Sequence record: PP777464.1 | Length of the DNA: 64,000 bases | DNA from: Escherichia phage fEgEco12 | Reading direction: 5' to 3' (one strand) | Shown: one piece after another, positions 40,943 through 51,123 of the stretch | Layout of the letters: each line of letters opens with the position of its first letter | Numbering within the stretch: position 1 is the first letter of the stretch | Notes under the pieces: generated by a model | The model's database searches: none | Seen by the model: the letters and a program-made list of their open reading frames with translations, nothing else | What the model was told of the DNA's origin: nothing | Translations under genes and position numbers: made by a program

Positions 40943-41256
40943 TGGATATCGTAACATTGATTTACACGCTTTATTCATTCTATTTTATTATGTGTTGGGT
41001 TGGATTTTTATTTGTATTGAAGATGTTTGATTATGTTGAAAAACAGATAAAAGAATTTTGTATTCCTTTTATTGGGTCAACCATAATTAGTATTACTTGT
41101 TTGTATTATTTGGTATGTGATCCACCTGTTAATACAGCAATGATTGACTTCATGTTATTACCAACAACTGTTATTTTTTTATGTAGTCTGATGCCACCGA
41201 TTAGTCGTGGGCTAACCGAATTTAGACGCAATCAAAAGCGTAAACGAGGGATGTGA
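40942..41256 (+). CDS. small 3-TM membrane protein, family member B4
   Basis: C-terminal FRRNQKRKRGM. Confidence 0.6.
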   Translation: MDIVTLIYTLYSFYFIMCWVGFLFVLKMFDYVEKQIKEFCIPFIGSTIISITCLYYLVCDPPVNTAMIDFMLLPTTVIFLCSLMPPISRGLTEFRRNQKRKRGM

Positions 41257-41624
41257 TGGAAATTGCACTTATTATATTAACTGCTATGTTGTTTATTAGT
41301 ACAATTGTTATTATTGGCAAGTTCTTCTGTGTATCCTTCTTGGAAACCGTATACGATGAAATTGCTGATGATTATGAATTACATGCGGGATTTTTTACTA
41401 CGTATTGGATTAGTTTATTACTACTTATCACTGTATGGATTTTACATATATTCAAATGGGGTATGGTAGATGGTGATCCAGTACTGGCAATTATCTGTGT
41501 AGTGTTTGGTCTACTCGGTGGTGCTGTCCATAATCTGATGGTAATTTGGCAAACCGTACAATATGTATTAGTTCCACATTTTCAGAGAATGCACCAAAGC
41601 ATCAAATACCGCAAACGAGGATAA
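41253..41624 (+). CDS. small 3-TM membrane protein, family member B5
   Basis: C-terminal IKYRKRG. Confidence 0.6.
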   Translation: MMEIALIILTAMLFISTIVIIGKFFCVSFLETVYDEIADDYELHAGFFTTYWISLLLLITVWILHIFKWGMVDGDPVLAIICVVFGLLGGAVHNLMVIWQTVQYVLVPHFQRMHQSIKYRKRG

Positions 41625-41625
41625 C

Positions 41626-41988
41626 ATGAATAATATTGAATTATCTTTTATTGGTCAATTAATGGTAATGGCGTATACATTTATCTTCTCACTGAATGCA
41701 TTCGTGTGCATTGGGAAGTACTTCCATAAGCGACCATTATCAAATATATATGATGTAATACAAAGGAGATATAGTCCAGCATATACTGTGTTGAGTACAG
41801 CATTCAATTTTGGTTTTATTCTAATGCTGGTTGCATTATTAACATCGAGTTCGAATTTTATAACATTTGGTATTATGGTATGTTCACTAACACTGTGTGT
41901 GGTTATTCTCTGTGCATCCGTTGAGTTGCTGGCATGGATGTATAATAAGATTTCCGAAATCCATGAGCGTTTAGGTAAGAGGAACTAA
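41626..41988 (+). CDS. small 3-TM membrane protein, family member B6
   Basis: C-terminal HERLGKRN. Confidence 0.6.
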   Translation: MNNIELSFIGQLMVMAYTFIFSLNAFVCIGKYFHKRPLSNIYDVIQRRYSPAYTVLSTAFNFGFILMLVALLTSSSNFITFGIMVCSLTLCVVILCASVELLAWMYNKISEIHERLGKRN

Positions 41989-41989
41989 A

Positions 41990-42361
41990 ATGAGTTATCG
42001 TGAAATATTTTCGATCATTACTATTATTGTGTTTAGTTTAGGTTCTTTGATTTGGTTATTGTATTACTTCTGTGTAACCCCAGTATATAATATGCTAAAT
42101 TCAGTTCGCTCTGATGTTGGTATTGTTTCTTTTATTATCTTCATGACATATTATATGCTAAGTATCACAGGTTTGGTTTTGGTTGTTATCTTTGACCTTG
42201 GACCGAATCAAGATGGCATGGAGATGTGGGAATTGATAACGATGTTTGCATGTATGATACCTGCATTTGGTGTATGTGCTGGTGTATTTTATGGGTTGTG
42301 TAAAGGTGTGAACTACTTAAAAAATATCCACAATACTATTCGTAAAAAACGTATGTTATAA
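41990..42361 (+). CDS. small 3-TM membrane protein, family member B7
   Basis: C-terminal IRKKRML. Confidence 0.6.
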   Translation: MSYREIFSIITIIVFSLGSLIWLLYYFCVTPVYNMLNSVRSDVGIVSFIIFMTYYMLSITGLVLVVIFDLGPNQDGMEMWELITMFACMIPAFGVCAGVFYGLCKGVNYLKNIHNTIRKKRML

Positions 42362-42367
42362 TAAAAA

Positions 42368-42392
42368 ATCCAGTACTATAATAGTACTGGAT
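42368..42392. terminator. bidirectional hairpin between convergent membrane-protein and cassette arrays
   Basis: TCCAGTACT-ATAAT-AGTACTGGA. Confidence 0.65.
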
Positions 42393-42397
42393 TAATT

Positions 42398-43522
42398 TTA
42401 ATTATCTAAGCCACCAATTACACTGAACTGTGTGGTAACGTCTGAACTATTATCTATGTAAGTTCTTCTACCAACATAATATAGTTGTCCTTTTGCTTGA
42501 ATAAAAGTTACGGTCCCTGTATTGAATGTTATAATATCATTGTATGTAATGTCAGGTGGTAGTGCTGCTGATAACGCAGTAACTTTACTTAATGCAGCAC
42601 TAGTACTACCATTTATACCAGCAGCAATACTACCAGTACCATAGAACTTATTATCTTTACCAATGAATACGTTGGCTGATGCTTGTGTAGCTGATGTTAT
42701 TGCCTTACCAATTTGGAATGCGGTTCCTATGGTGTATGGTGTGCTCCTGGCTGCGTCTATGCTTTGTGTATATCCATCCCCTAGCTGACCATTAACTTTG
42801 TCACCACATGAGTATAGAGTACCATTGAGGCTGTATATGATCCCACGGTTAGAGAAGCTAACAGCTTCTGCATTAGTCCATACTGGTGCGGTGTATGAGT
42901 TTACACGACTAGCGGTAGTTCCTAGACCTAGTATACCATATGTGTTATCACCACATCCAAACCATTGTCCAGAACTGTTTTGATAGAACACTGAACGTTC
43001 TGTTGATTCCATGCGTACAGCATCCACAGCACCACTTTTAACGAACGAAGTTGATGAGGATGTAGTACCAGTACCCAATGCACCATAAGTGTTTGTACCA
43101 ATCGCATAGATTGATCCTAGTGGTGTCATAACACGTATGCAGTTATATCCCAATTGAACTTTACATTCAAATAGGTTGTCCCATATTTCAGGAACAGCAG
43201 AAAATAAATTTGTAATTTCGAACCATGATGTTGTCGAATCAGTTAATCCAATACTGCTTTTGTTTCCTAAAATGAAAACAGTTTTGTCCTTCTTAATTAT
43301 CCATGATGATAGGAAACCTATCTCACAGCTATGAACATTTGATTCTATTTGGGTAATATAATACTTAACTGTGTTATCACCCATGAATGCCGCAGCACCG
43401 GATGCAAAAAGGTTTCCAGTTTGTTTATTTAAAATGTAGTTATTGTTTCCATATACACTAACATCATAAGAACTTTCTTGTTTTTCGTTCCCATAATCAA
43501 ATAACAATACGAAAGGTAACAT
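42398..43522 (-). CDS. cassette protein 15 (last in array): RCC1-like repeat beta-propeller, variant N-terminus MLPFVLLFDYGN
   Basis: GTNTYGALGTG, GDNTYGILGLG, GDKVNGQLGDG repeats. Confidence 0.75.
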   Translation of the reverse strand: MLPFVLLFDYGNEKQESSYDVSVYGNNNYILNKQTGNLFASGAAAFMGDNTVKYYITQIESNVHSCEIGFLSSWIIKKDKTVFILGNKSSIGLTDSTTSWFEITNLFSAVPEIWDNLFECKVQLGYNCIRVMTPLGSIYAIGTNTYGALGTGTTSSSTSFVKSGAVDAVRMESTERSVFYQNSSGQWFGCGDNTYGILGLGTTASRVNSYTAPVWTNAEAVSFSNRGIIYSLNGTLYSCGDKVNGQLGDGYTQSIDAARSTPYTIGTAFQIGKAITSATQASANVFIGKDNKFYGTGSIAAGINGSTSAALSKVTALSAALPPDITYNDIITFNTGTVTFIQAKGQLYYVGRRTYIDNSSDVTTQFSVIGGLDN

Positions 43523-43599
43523 GATAAAATCTCCTTGTGTTATACTTTATTTAATCATTTTATAATGTACAATTTTACAGCGATTTAATTGAGGTACTC

Positions 43600-44250
43600 A
43601 TGAATAAAAGAAGTAAGTTCTATCAAGAATATTTCACTAAACAGAAACGATTCACAAAAAAATACTTTACATCATCCCACCGACCAGTTGCAAGTTACAA
43701 ACGTCCTAATACTAACTATCTTACTGGTGGCAAGTTTAGTGCAAAGTTCGAATTACTTATGCGTGAAAAGAATATCAAGATGCATTACGCAGAGACGAGA
43801 AAAAACTCATCAATTATTTGTTCTGATTTTCTTGAGTACGGTTGTTTAACTTATAAATTCAACGATGTATATTTGTATATTGATGTTGATTGTAACAGTA
43901 CTCGTATGTTTGAGATTTCAATTCACCCAAATCACAACCGTTATATAAACATTAACTTGGTTGATAAAGTACTGATTGGTATATCTAGTACTGATGGTGG
44001 TGGATTTGAATTTATTGCTTCAAAATATGATGAGGACTTTGTACTGTTCCCAGTACTTGATGATGTGAAAGATATTCTCAATTCATTAAAAGGAAGTCAA
44101 TACAAATTATCTGAAGAACAGCTATTTCAGTACTCACTTATTCATGATGATATCGAGATATACTTAGAGTGTGCGAGAATATTGGAGTATCTTTATAATG
44201 AACTAACAACAACTGGTAAAGTGACAGCATTCACATTATATAATATGTAA
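43600..44250 (+). CDS. hypothetical protein, FQYS motif family, embedded on opposite strand inside the cassette array
   Basis: 216 aa; LFQYSLIHDD motif. Confidence 0.6.
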   Translation: MNKRSKFYQEYFTKQKRFTKKYFTSSHRPVASYKRPNTNYLTGGKFSAKFELLMREKNIKMHYAETRKNSSIICSDFLEYGCLTYKFNDVYLYIDVDCNSTRMFEISIHPNHNRYININLVDKVLIGISSTDGGGFEFIASKYDEDFVLFPVLDDVKDILNSLKGSQYKLSEEQLFQYSLIHDDIEIYLECARILEYLYNELTTTGKVTAFTLYNM

Positions 44251-44257
44251 AAGAAAA

Positions 44258-44276
44258 GCCAGTACATAGTACTGGC
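44258..44276. terminator. GCCAGTAC...TACTGGC hairpin
   Basis: GCCAGTAC-ATAG-TACTGGC. Confidence 0.6.
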
Positions 44277-44282
44277 ATTATA

Positions 44283-45419
44283 TTAAACTGGTGGAGAATT
44301 ATATGGCTCAAATTTATAAGTTGTCGTAGCAGTACCAGCAATGGCGTTGTTAGCTAGTATGTACATAGTCCTGTAGTCGATTACCACTACAGTAATACTA
44401 CCACCAAAAGCATAGTCTGTTATGTTATTAGTGTTGAATGGTAAATTAGATGAACTGGTCCATGTATTAGCTGTTGTGCTATTTGTACCATTGGAATAAC
44501 CTACACTAGATGCACCAGTTGTCCATAAGTTTCCATCATTGAACAAGGAGACATGGTTAGTTGTATATGATTTATTAGGTATAGAACTATCAATTGGTGT
44601 ATTCCAAACTTTAGTAACCCATGTTGTAACTGCTGTATTATTAGTAACGCCATTACCTAATGAACCATTTATTGGTATACCTCTTATATAAGAAGTGTTA
44701 GTACTAGGGTCAACATATCCAAATGTATATGTATCAAATGCAAATTGAAAACAATCAGAACTCGGTAATGTGTACAGTAATGTATATGAAGACGTGTTTA
44801 TTGATGAATTTGTACCGTTCACGCCTTGGTATAAAATACCACTAGCCAATATTTGATTATTATTTTTTGTTATAGTGTTCATTGATGGATATGTTTTCAC
44901 ATCACGCACATCATTAGTCACATATGTTTGTGTTGATAATGCAACGTTACTACCATTACCTATAACCCCTGTATTTGCACCACTCCCATAAAGTGAACCA
45001 TCATTCAAAAGAACCATTGTAACATTACCATTTCCCGTAATTGTTTTAATATTACTAACATCCACCGCAGCAAATACAGTTGATGTTAAATCAGTGAAAC
45101 GTGTATAATGTGATGTTGTGCCATTGATTGGTGTCGCAAAACCAGAATACAAAATTCTATTTTCTTTGGTAATAAGGAATGTGCCAGTAACACCATTTGA
45201 ATGGATATCAACAATATTATCGCCCATTAATACCCAATCACTTACGAATGTTGTTGTACCAGTACCCAACCCATATGTCGTATTGTATCCACGTCCATAC
45301 ACTCTACCATCACTGAGTAATGTTACCACACATTGACCACCACCACCAAGGATAACTTTTTGGATAGTACTCTTTACTTTTATATTCCCGTACTTAACCA
45401 TTCTTGCAAAAGGTAACAT
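44283..45419 (-). CDS. cassette protein 14: RCC1-like beta-propeller, N-terminus MLPFARMVKYGN
   Basis: 378 aa; RGYNTTYGLGTG; no hairpin between it and cassette 13. Confidence 0.75.
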   Translation of the reverse strand: MLPFARMVKYGNIKVKSTIQKVILGGGGQCVVTLLSDGRVYGRGYNTTYGLGTGTTTFVSDWVLMGDNIVDIHSNGVTGTFLITKENRILYSGFATPINGTTSHYTRFTDLTSTVFAAVDVSNIKTITGNGNVTMVLLNDGSLYGSGANTGVIGNGSNVALSTQTYVTNDVRDVKTYPSMNTITKNNNQILASGILYQGVNGTNSSINTSSYTLLYTLPSSDCFQFAFDTYTFGYVDPSTNTSYIRGIPINGSLGNGVTNNTAVTTWVTKVWNTPIDSSIPNKSYTTNHVSLFNDGNLWTTGASSVGYSNGTNSTTANTWTSSSNLPFNTNNITDYAFGGSITVVVIDYRTMYILANNAIAGTATTTYKFEPYNSPPV

Positions 45420-45433
45420 TCTTTTTCTCCTTG

Positions 45434-46582
45434 TTATATTGATGGCATATCCAACACATATGAGTTGCTAGTGATTGATGAATATGTAGAATTTAAACCT
45501 GTACTATAAACATAATCACCTGCCCATAAGAATGTTCTATCCAATGTTGTATGTATTTCAATATCATCATATGATGATAATGATATTTGTGCCAGTGTAT
45601 ATGTAGTAGCATCAATGTTTGAACCAATACCCAAAGTACCATTGTATTGTGATTGGGAGTTTTGACCAGTTGCATATATACCAGATTTGGTTATTAAATG
45701 CTGATTGTACATTGACGTACCTTTAAACAATTTAATTAAATTAGAGTTGGGTGTTGTTATTTGTGCAGGAGCAAGTATTGTTGTTGTAGTGCCACCATCA
45801 CCCAATTGACCATATCGTTGGTAACCACCAGCGTATACCTGTTTAACTCCAGCAGTAGTTTCTATAATAAAGAATGAACCATAGCCAGTAGTATTAAAGT
45901 CTATTATTTTATTTGTACTCAAACCAACATTATATCTAGTAAATGTTGTTGCATTTGCTGAACCACCAGCATTCCCACCGACCATTTGACCACTATAATA
46001 AAATGCACCAGTACTGTCAGTATAAGCCATACAGTTTTCACTACCATATATTTTCACTGGTGTACTGGGGAAACTAGAGGTTATATTCACACATGTATTA
46101 TATTTTGCAGTAGTTCCAGTAATTTCACCATTGTTGTTTTGACCAATGACCCAAACTGTGTCATCTGAACGTATAGCCATTGAGCTATAAAACGAGGATA
46201 CAAATTGTTTAATAAAGGAACCAGGGAGAGAAGTAAGCATACTATTGATTTGTGCACTCACATTGGTCCATGTATTCACAACTGAATTGACACCTGCTGC
46301 TGCACCGGAACCAGAACTCCACCATGATTCATCATTCTTTTTAATCAATGTACCGTTAGCAGAGCAATAAACATCAGCAACTGAACTATTAACTAATATC
46401 CATTCCCTCGCTGCTGTTGTATTACCAGTACCTAGCTGTCCTGCTGCATTACTACCCTTAGCATATAAATCGCCATTCTGCGTTAAAAGCATAGTATGTT
46501 GGTATCCAGTTGACAATTTCTTTATTTTTGGTAATGCTGGTGCTTCATTTCCATAATCAAACATTCTAACAAAAGGTAACAT
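45434..46582 (-). CDS. cassette protein 13: RCC1-like beta-propeller, N-terminus MLPFVRMFDYGN
   Basis: 382 aa; GSNAAGQLGTGN, YGQLGDGGTT. Confidence 0.8.
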   Translation of the reverse strand: MLPFVRMFDYGNEAPALPKIKKLSTGYQHTMLLTQNGDLYAKGSNAAGQLGTGNTTAAREWILVNSSVADVYCSANGTLIKKNDESWWSSGSGAAAGVNSVVNTWTNVSAQINSMLTSLPGSFIKQFVSSFYSSMAIRSDDTVWVIGQNNNGEITGTTAKYNTCVNITSSFPSTPVKIYGSENCMAYTDSTGAFYYSGQMVGGNAGGSANATTFTRYNVGLSTNKIIDFNTTGYGSFFIIETTAGVKQVYAGGYQRYGQLGDGGTTTTILAPAQITTPNSNLIKLFKGTSMYNQHLITKSGIYATGQNSQSQYNGTLGIGSNIDATTYTLAQISLSSYDDIEIHTTLDRTFLWAGDYVYSTGLNSTYSSITSNSYVLDMPSI

Positions 46583-46659
46583 AATTCCCTCCTTTATTCA
46601 TTATACTATATTTAATCAAAAAGAAAAGCCAGCACTCTGTACTGGCATAGTATTAAGGT

Positions 46660-47790
46660 TTAAATATTTTTATAATTAATTTCTACATAGTTACGTTGTG
46701 TTCCAGTATATCCTGGAACATTACCTATATTTCCATTACCTGCACCAAACAGACGTTCTCCGACTGCAAAATATGTCCCATAGAAACAACCATCAAACAC
46801 AGGAACATCATTATAATTTGATATGTAATTATCCATAGAATCCATTCTAGTGTATACTGTCAGAGCTACATTCGTACCCATACCATATGCACCATACGGG
46901 TTAGTACCAGCAACATAATACCCAGTGGGTGTACATATTACTGGTGAATTTGCCCCTGATCTCGTGTGGATAAATCTAAATGTACCTTCAGGTACTGGTG
47001 CTTCTTTACTGAATAATGTTGTAGCTACTACTGGGTAATCAATACCATAACTATTACCACTCAACCACGTTTTACCATCACTATCTTTGAATAATGAACA
47101 GGATTGTGTGCATCCGAACAGATTCAAATTGGTTACATTTGGAAATTTACTAATTTGTGTATATACCAGAACTGTGGTTGCGGCAGCACTACCAAGTTGT
47201 CCACGACCATTATCACCCGCACTGTACATGTACCCATCGGTCTTTAATATTATACTAGCGTTTCCTAAAATATCAAAATCAACAACATCCGTTTGTGTTA
47301 ATGTAGCTATAGGATAACGAAAATTCACTGCCTCACCAGTACCAAATTGACAATTGGTGTTTGCCCCACATCCATATAAGTTGCCGTTTTGCATTAATAT
47401 AAACAAACCTGTTGTCATTTTAATTTTCTTAATATTAAGAATATCTATATCTTGGAATATGTGTGTTACATTTACAAATGTGGTTGAGTTAACAGCACTT
47501 GAACCATAATAAGAACCGTTCCCGCTGCCAAAGAATTCATCGCCTTTTCTGTACATTGCACATAGACTACCACCCCATACATCATCAACCCCAGTGTCAA
47601 TTTGAATAACAGAAGTAACACTAGTTGTTGTACCAGTGCCAAGTTCACCACCTGAATTGTATCCAAAACCATACAAATCCCCACTTTCTGTTAGCACCAA
47701 AACACTGTTATTGGTTGTGCATGAAATCTTTTTGATATTATTAGATGGTCTTTTATTTCCGTACTTAACCATTCTTGCAAAAGGTAACAT
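46660..47790 (-). CDS. cassette protein 12: RCC1-like beta-propeller, N-terminus MLPFARMVKYGN
   Basis: 376 aa; GYNSGGELGTG, GDNGRGQLGSA. Confidence 0.8.
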   Translation of the reverse strand: MLPFARMVKYGNKRPSNNIKKISCTTNNSVLVLTESGDLYGFGYNSGGELGTGTTTSVTSVIQIDTGVDDVWGGSLCAMYRKGDEFFGSGNGSYYGSSAVNSTTFVNVTHIFQDIDILNIKKIKMTTGLFILMQNGNLYGCGANTNCQFGTGEAVNFRYPIATLTQTDVVDFDILGNASIILKTDGYMYSAGDNGRGQLGSAAATTVLVYTQISKFPNVTNLNLFGCTQSCSLFKDSDGKTWLSGNSYGIDYPVVATTLFSKEAPVPEGTFRFIHTRSGANSPVICTPTGYYVAGTNPYGAYGMGTNVALTVYTRMDSMDNYISNYNDVPVFDGCFYGTYFAVGERLFGAGNGNIGNVPGYTGTQRNYVEINYKNI

Positions 47791-47835
47791 ATTTCCCTCC
47801 TTTATTCATTATACTATATTTAATACAAAAAGAAA

Positions 47836-47856
47836 TGCCAGTATCAAGTACTGGCA
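47836..47856 (-). terminator. inter-cassette hairpin TGCCAGTA-TCAAG-TACTGGCA plus T-run on minus strand
   Basis: same hairpin at 49835, 51099, 59557. Confidence 0.65.
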
Positions 47857-47869
47857 TAGTTTTATAGTA

Positions 47870-48979
47870 TCATTTCGGCATTGTAATTGCAGACCATGAG
47901 TTCGTGGTAATAGGACCTGGCACATACAAAAAAGAACCACAAGCATAAATTTGATTATTACCATCAAATACTATACTAAAATGTGCACATGTGTATAATG
48001 CTGATTTTTCTGGGTTGTAATTATCTAAAGTTAGTGTATTGGTGAATCTACTCAAACCACCACCAGAACCATTTCTACCAAATTCACCAGTACTATATAT
48101 CTTTCCTTCGGTTGTTGCGTACATATTAACATATGAAGTTGCACTTGATTTTGATATTTTATGTATCTTACTATCAATAGTAGTGGAGTTAAATGCAAAT
48201 GGATATACTTGTGTGTTCGTTGTAATACCGTTACCAAGTTGACCAACATACTGCCAACCTGCGTTGTATATATTGCTGGCTGAATAAGCAAGAGTACCAG
48301 TACTGTTACCACCAAACAGTTTAACACTGGTTAACCTGCTTACTAGTGTAGTATACTGTCCTGGACTTACGCCAAGTGAACCATACCCACTACTCCCACA
48401 ACCGAGAAGTTCACCATTTGATGTTAATATTAATGTGTTATTCTGTGTACCCAATATATCAAGGACTGTATTAGCTCCGGTATTAATAACTGAAACAAAA
48501 GTACTCTGAGCCGTGGAATACCCAGCACCGAGTGAATAGTTACCATTCATGCCTCTACCATAAACAATCGAACCACTAGCATCAACGTAGTGCATTGTAT
48601 CTACACCAATTGATATCATTTTAATATTAGATATATGTGGAAATGAAGAAGTAACATTCAAACCACCCAACTGAATCGTAGTATTTCCTGTGCCTAATTG
48701 TGTGGTAACTCCATGCATTATGAATTCTTCACCCTTGAGATAAAGAATATTGTACGCCCCAGCCCATGCATCAGTAACACCTTCTGAAATTAATATCCAA
48801 GTATTTCTTGTTGCTGTATTTTCAACGTTTAACTGAAAATAAGTATTAACCCCACAACCATAAAGTGAGCCATCGCCATAGAGGACGTACAAATTATCAA
48901 GACCGCACAGTACTTTCTTTATCTTTGGATCTTCAGGTGCAATATTCCCGTAATCAAACATTCTAACAAAAGGTAACAT
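47870..48979 (-). CDS. cassette protein 11: RCC1-like beta-propeller, N-terminus MLPFVRMFDYGN
   Basis: start at MLPF ATG 48979 after GGAGG; track upstream extension discounted; close paralog of cassette 2. Confidence 0.8.
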   Translation of the reverse strand: MLPFVRMFDYGNIAPEDPKIKKVLCGLDNLYVLYGDGSLYGCGVNTYFQLNVENTATRNTWILISEGVTDAWAGAYNILYLKGEEFIMHGVTTQLGTGNTTIQLGGLNVTSSFPHISNIKMISIGVDTMHYVDASGSIVYGRGMNGNYSLGAGYSTAQSTFVSVINTGANTVLDILGTQNNTLILTSNGELLGCGSSGYGSLGVSPGQYTTLVSRLTSVKLFGGNSTGTLAYSASNIYNAGWQYVGQLGNGITTNTQVYPFAFNSTTIDSKIHKISKSSATSYVNMYATTEGKIYSTGEFGRNGSGGGLSRFTNTLTLDNYNPEKSALYTCAHFSIVFDGNNQIYACGSFLYVPGPITTNSWSAITMPK

Positions 48980-49051
48980 ATTTCCTCCTTTATTCATTAT
49001 ACTATATTTAATACAAAAAGAAAAGCCAGTACTCAAGTACTGGCCTATATT

Positions 49052-49789
49052 TTAGACTGAATTGTTAGGATAATATCTCCCACGTCCCCATATTATTCGC
49101 ACAGCACCACCACCAGCAGCAGTATAAGAAGAATTATCCCATATACTACCACCACCACCATACCTCTTACCAGCACCACCACTACCAGCACCACCATTAT
49201 ATGAACCACCGTAGCTACCACCAATACCATTAGCACCTTGAACAATGATACCAGTACCACCACCCGTACCAATGAACGAGGTACTATAGAATGTACCACC
49301 CCCACCGCCGCCGCCAGCACCATTTTCACCAGTGATTGCATCTCCGTTACCACCTTTACCAGTGTAGCCACCAGCACCACCACCAATGACTGCACCACCA
49401 CTTACACCAGTGTTGCCACCATTACCACCACCATCATTAATAGCGTTAGCAGCTTTTCCACCTAGTCCACCAACCGTATATGCACCAGTGAAGCTAACAC
49501 ATAGTTTTTCAGTTCCACGGTATAAACCGTTTTCAACTGCTGTAGTAGTGTTGGAATGTGTAAGAGAAACACTTAAGTACTCACCACCAGAAACTGGAAT
49601 ATTATTACGCCACGATAAGCCGCCACCAGCACCACGTTGACCACCCGGTGAAATAACACATACTGATATTTCGGTAACGCCAGCAGGAACTGTAAATTGT
49701 GTTGTTCCTATTGCCGTGATTAATTGTTCACCATGTGGCTTATATTCAATTTTATTCCCGTACTTAACCATTCTTGCAAAAGGTAACAT
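49052..49789 (-). CDS. cassette protein 10: glycine-rich protein with the same N-terminal module (MLPFARMVKYGN)
   Basis: 245 aa; irregular GGxGG runs, no collagen GXY periodicity. Confidence 0.75.
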   Translation of the reverse strand: MLPFARMVKYGNKIEYKPHGEQLITAIGTTQFTVPAGVTEISVCVISPGGQRGAGGGLSWRNNIPVSGGEYLSVSLTHSNTTTAVENGLYRGTEKLCVSFTGAYTVGGLGGKAANAINDGGGNGGNTGVSGGAVIGGGAGGYTGKGGNGDAITGENGAGGGGGGGTFYSTSFIGTGGGTGIIVQGANGIGGSYGGSYNGGAGSGGAGKRYGGGGSIWDNSSYTAAGGGAVRIIWGRGRYYPNNSV

Positions 49790-49861
49790 AATTCCCTCCT
49801 TTATTCATTATACTATATTTAATACAAATAATAATGCCAGTATCAAGTACTGGCATTATTA

Positions 49862-51052
49862 TTACAATTGTCTAGGTGTATCCAGAACATATCTATTTGT
49901 TTTAGGACCACCATCATCATAAGTTCCGGTTGAATATATATTTTTCATATCAGCAGTCAGGAAAGTACGCAACGAACCGCGATATATTTTTATTTTATCA
50001 TACATAGAATATGTTATTTCTGACGGCAATGGACATGCAGTAAATTTACCAATGGTAGCATCATAACCAACACCCAATGTGCCAGCATAACTACTCGCAT
50101 TTAAACCAGTTGCATATACACCTGTACTCGTAACTAGTATACTAGATTGTGCTGGGTATCCAGTATGGATTGAATAATAAGTACCGGGTGGTAATGTAGC
50201 ACTATTATTTCCTAAAACTCCATTAACAGTGCTAGATGTAGTTTTATTTCCCCATGCTCCATTATTAGCTAATCCACCAACTAGAAACTGACGTGCTCCT
50301 GTATTTGGATTCTCCACTAAAGCACTGACAGCACCAAATGAACAAACAGTATATTGTAATGTTTTTGTATATGTGGTACTTGGCTTATACAAAGTATATT
50401 CATTAAATGGTGTCCATGTGGTACTAGTACTTATGCCAGATGTACTACCACCAATATATAAATTATTTTGTGTATCATAAAACATTACACAGCTATTTGT
50501 TGACTGTATTCGTGCAATATCAACATTAGGCGTGACAGCTTTTACAAATGAACCATCTGATATTTGATAAGTAGTTCCTGTACCATCTGCGAATTGTCTA
50601 GCACTATTCCACCCTGTACTCCATATTGTATTATTATCCATTAAGAAAGTAAACCACGTAGTACCTGCATACATCTGTTTAATTGAAGTACTTGAACTTT
50701 GTGTGTACAAATTTTCAATATATTGGTTATAACTTAAAAATGATGTAGTACTAGTTTCTAAACCAATATGACTACCATATCCACAATAAAAATAATTTAA
50801 GTCCTTATCTTGAACTAACAAAGTTCCTTGTGTCATCCAGCAATCTTTGACATTTTCTCTAATTAATGTCCACGACCTTACTGCATTATTATTTCCTCTA
50901 CCAAACTTCCCATAACTATTACTACCTCGTGCGTATAGTTGACCGTCGGTATAAAGTACAACAACCTCAGTATCAGTTGGTATTATTTTCTTAATTTGAA
51001 GAGGTTCAGGTGTGATATTCCCATAATCAAACATTCTAACAAAAGGTAACAT
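49862..51052 (-). CDS. cassette protein 9: RCC1-like beta-propeller, N-terminus MLPFVRMFDYGN
   Basis: 396 aa; RGSNSYGKFGRG. Confidence 0.8.
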   Translation of the reverse strand: MLPFVRMFDYGNITPEPLQIKKIIPTDTEVVVLYTDGQLYARGSNSYGKFGRGNNNAVRSWTLIRENVKDCWMTQGTLLVQDKDLNYFYCGYGSHIGLETSTTSFLSYNQYIENLYTQSSSTSIKQMYAGTTWFTFLMDNNTIWSTGWNSARQFADGTGTTYQISDGSFVKAVTPNVDIARIQSTNSCVMFYDTQNNLYIGGSTSGISTSTTWTPFNEYTLYKPSTTYTKTLQYTVCSFGAVSALVENPNTGARQFLVGGLANNGAWGNKTTSSTVNGVLGNNSATLPPGTYYSIHTGYPAQSSILVTSTGVYATGLNASSYAGTLGVGYDATIGKFTACPLPSEITYSMYDKIKIYRGSLRTFLTADMKNIYSTGTYDDGGPKTNRYVLDTPRQL

Positions 51053-51123
51053 AATTCCCTCCTTTATTCATTATACTATATTTAATCAAAAAAGAAAAGC
51101 CAGTATCAAGTACTGGCGTAATG

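Noticed and set aside
49052-49789. Collagen-like protein
   Set aside because: Glycines are in irregular runs (GGxGG) without Gly-X-Y triplet periodicity.
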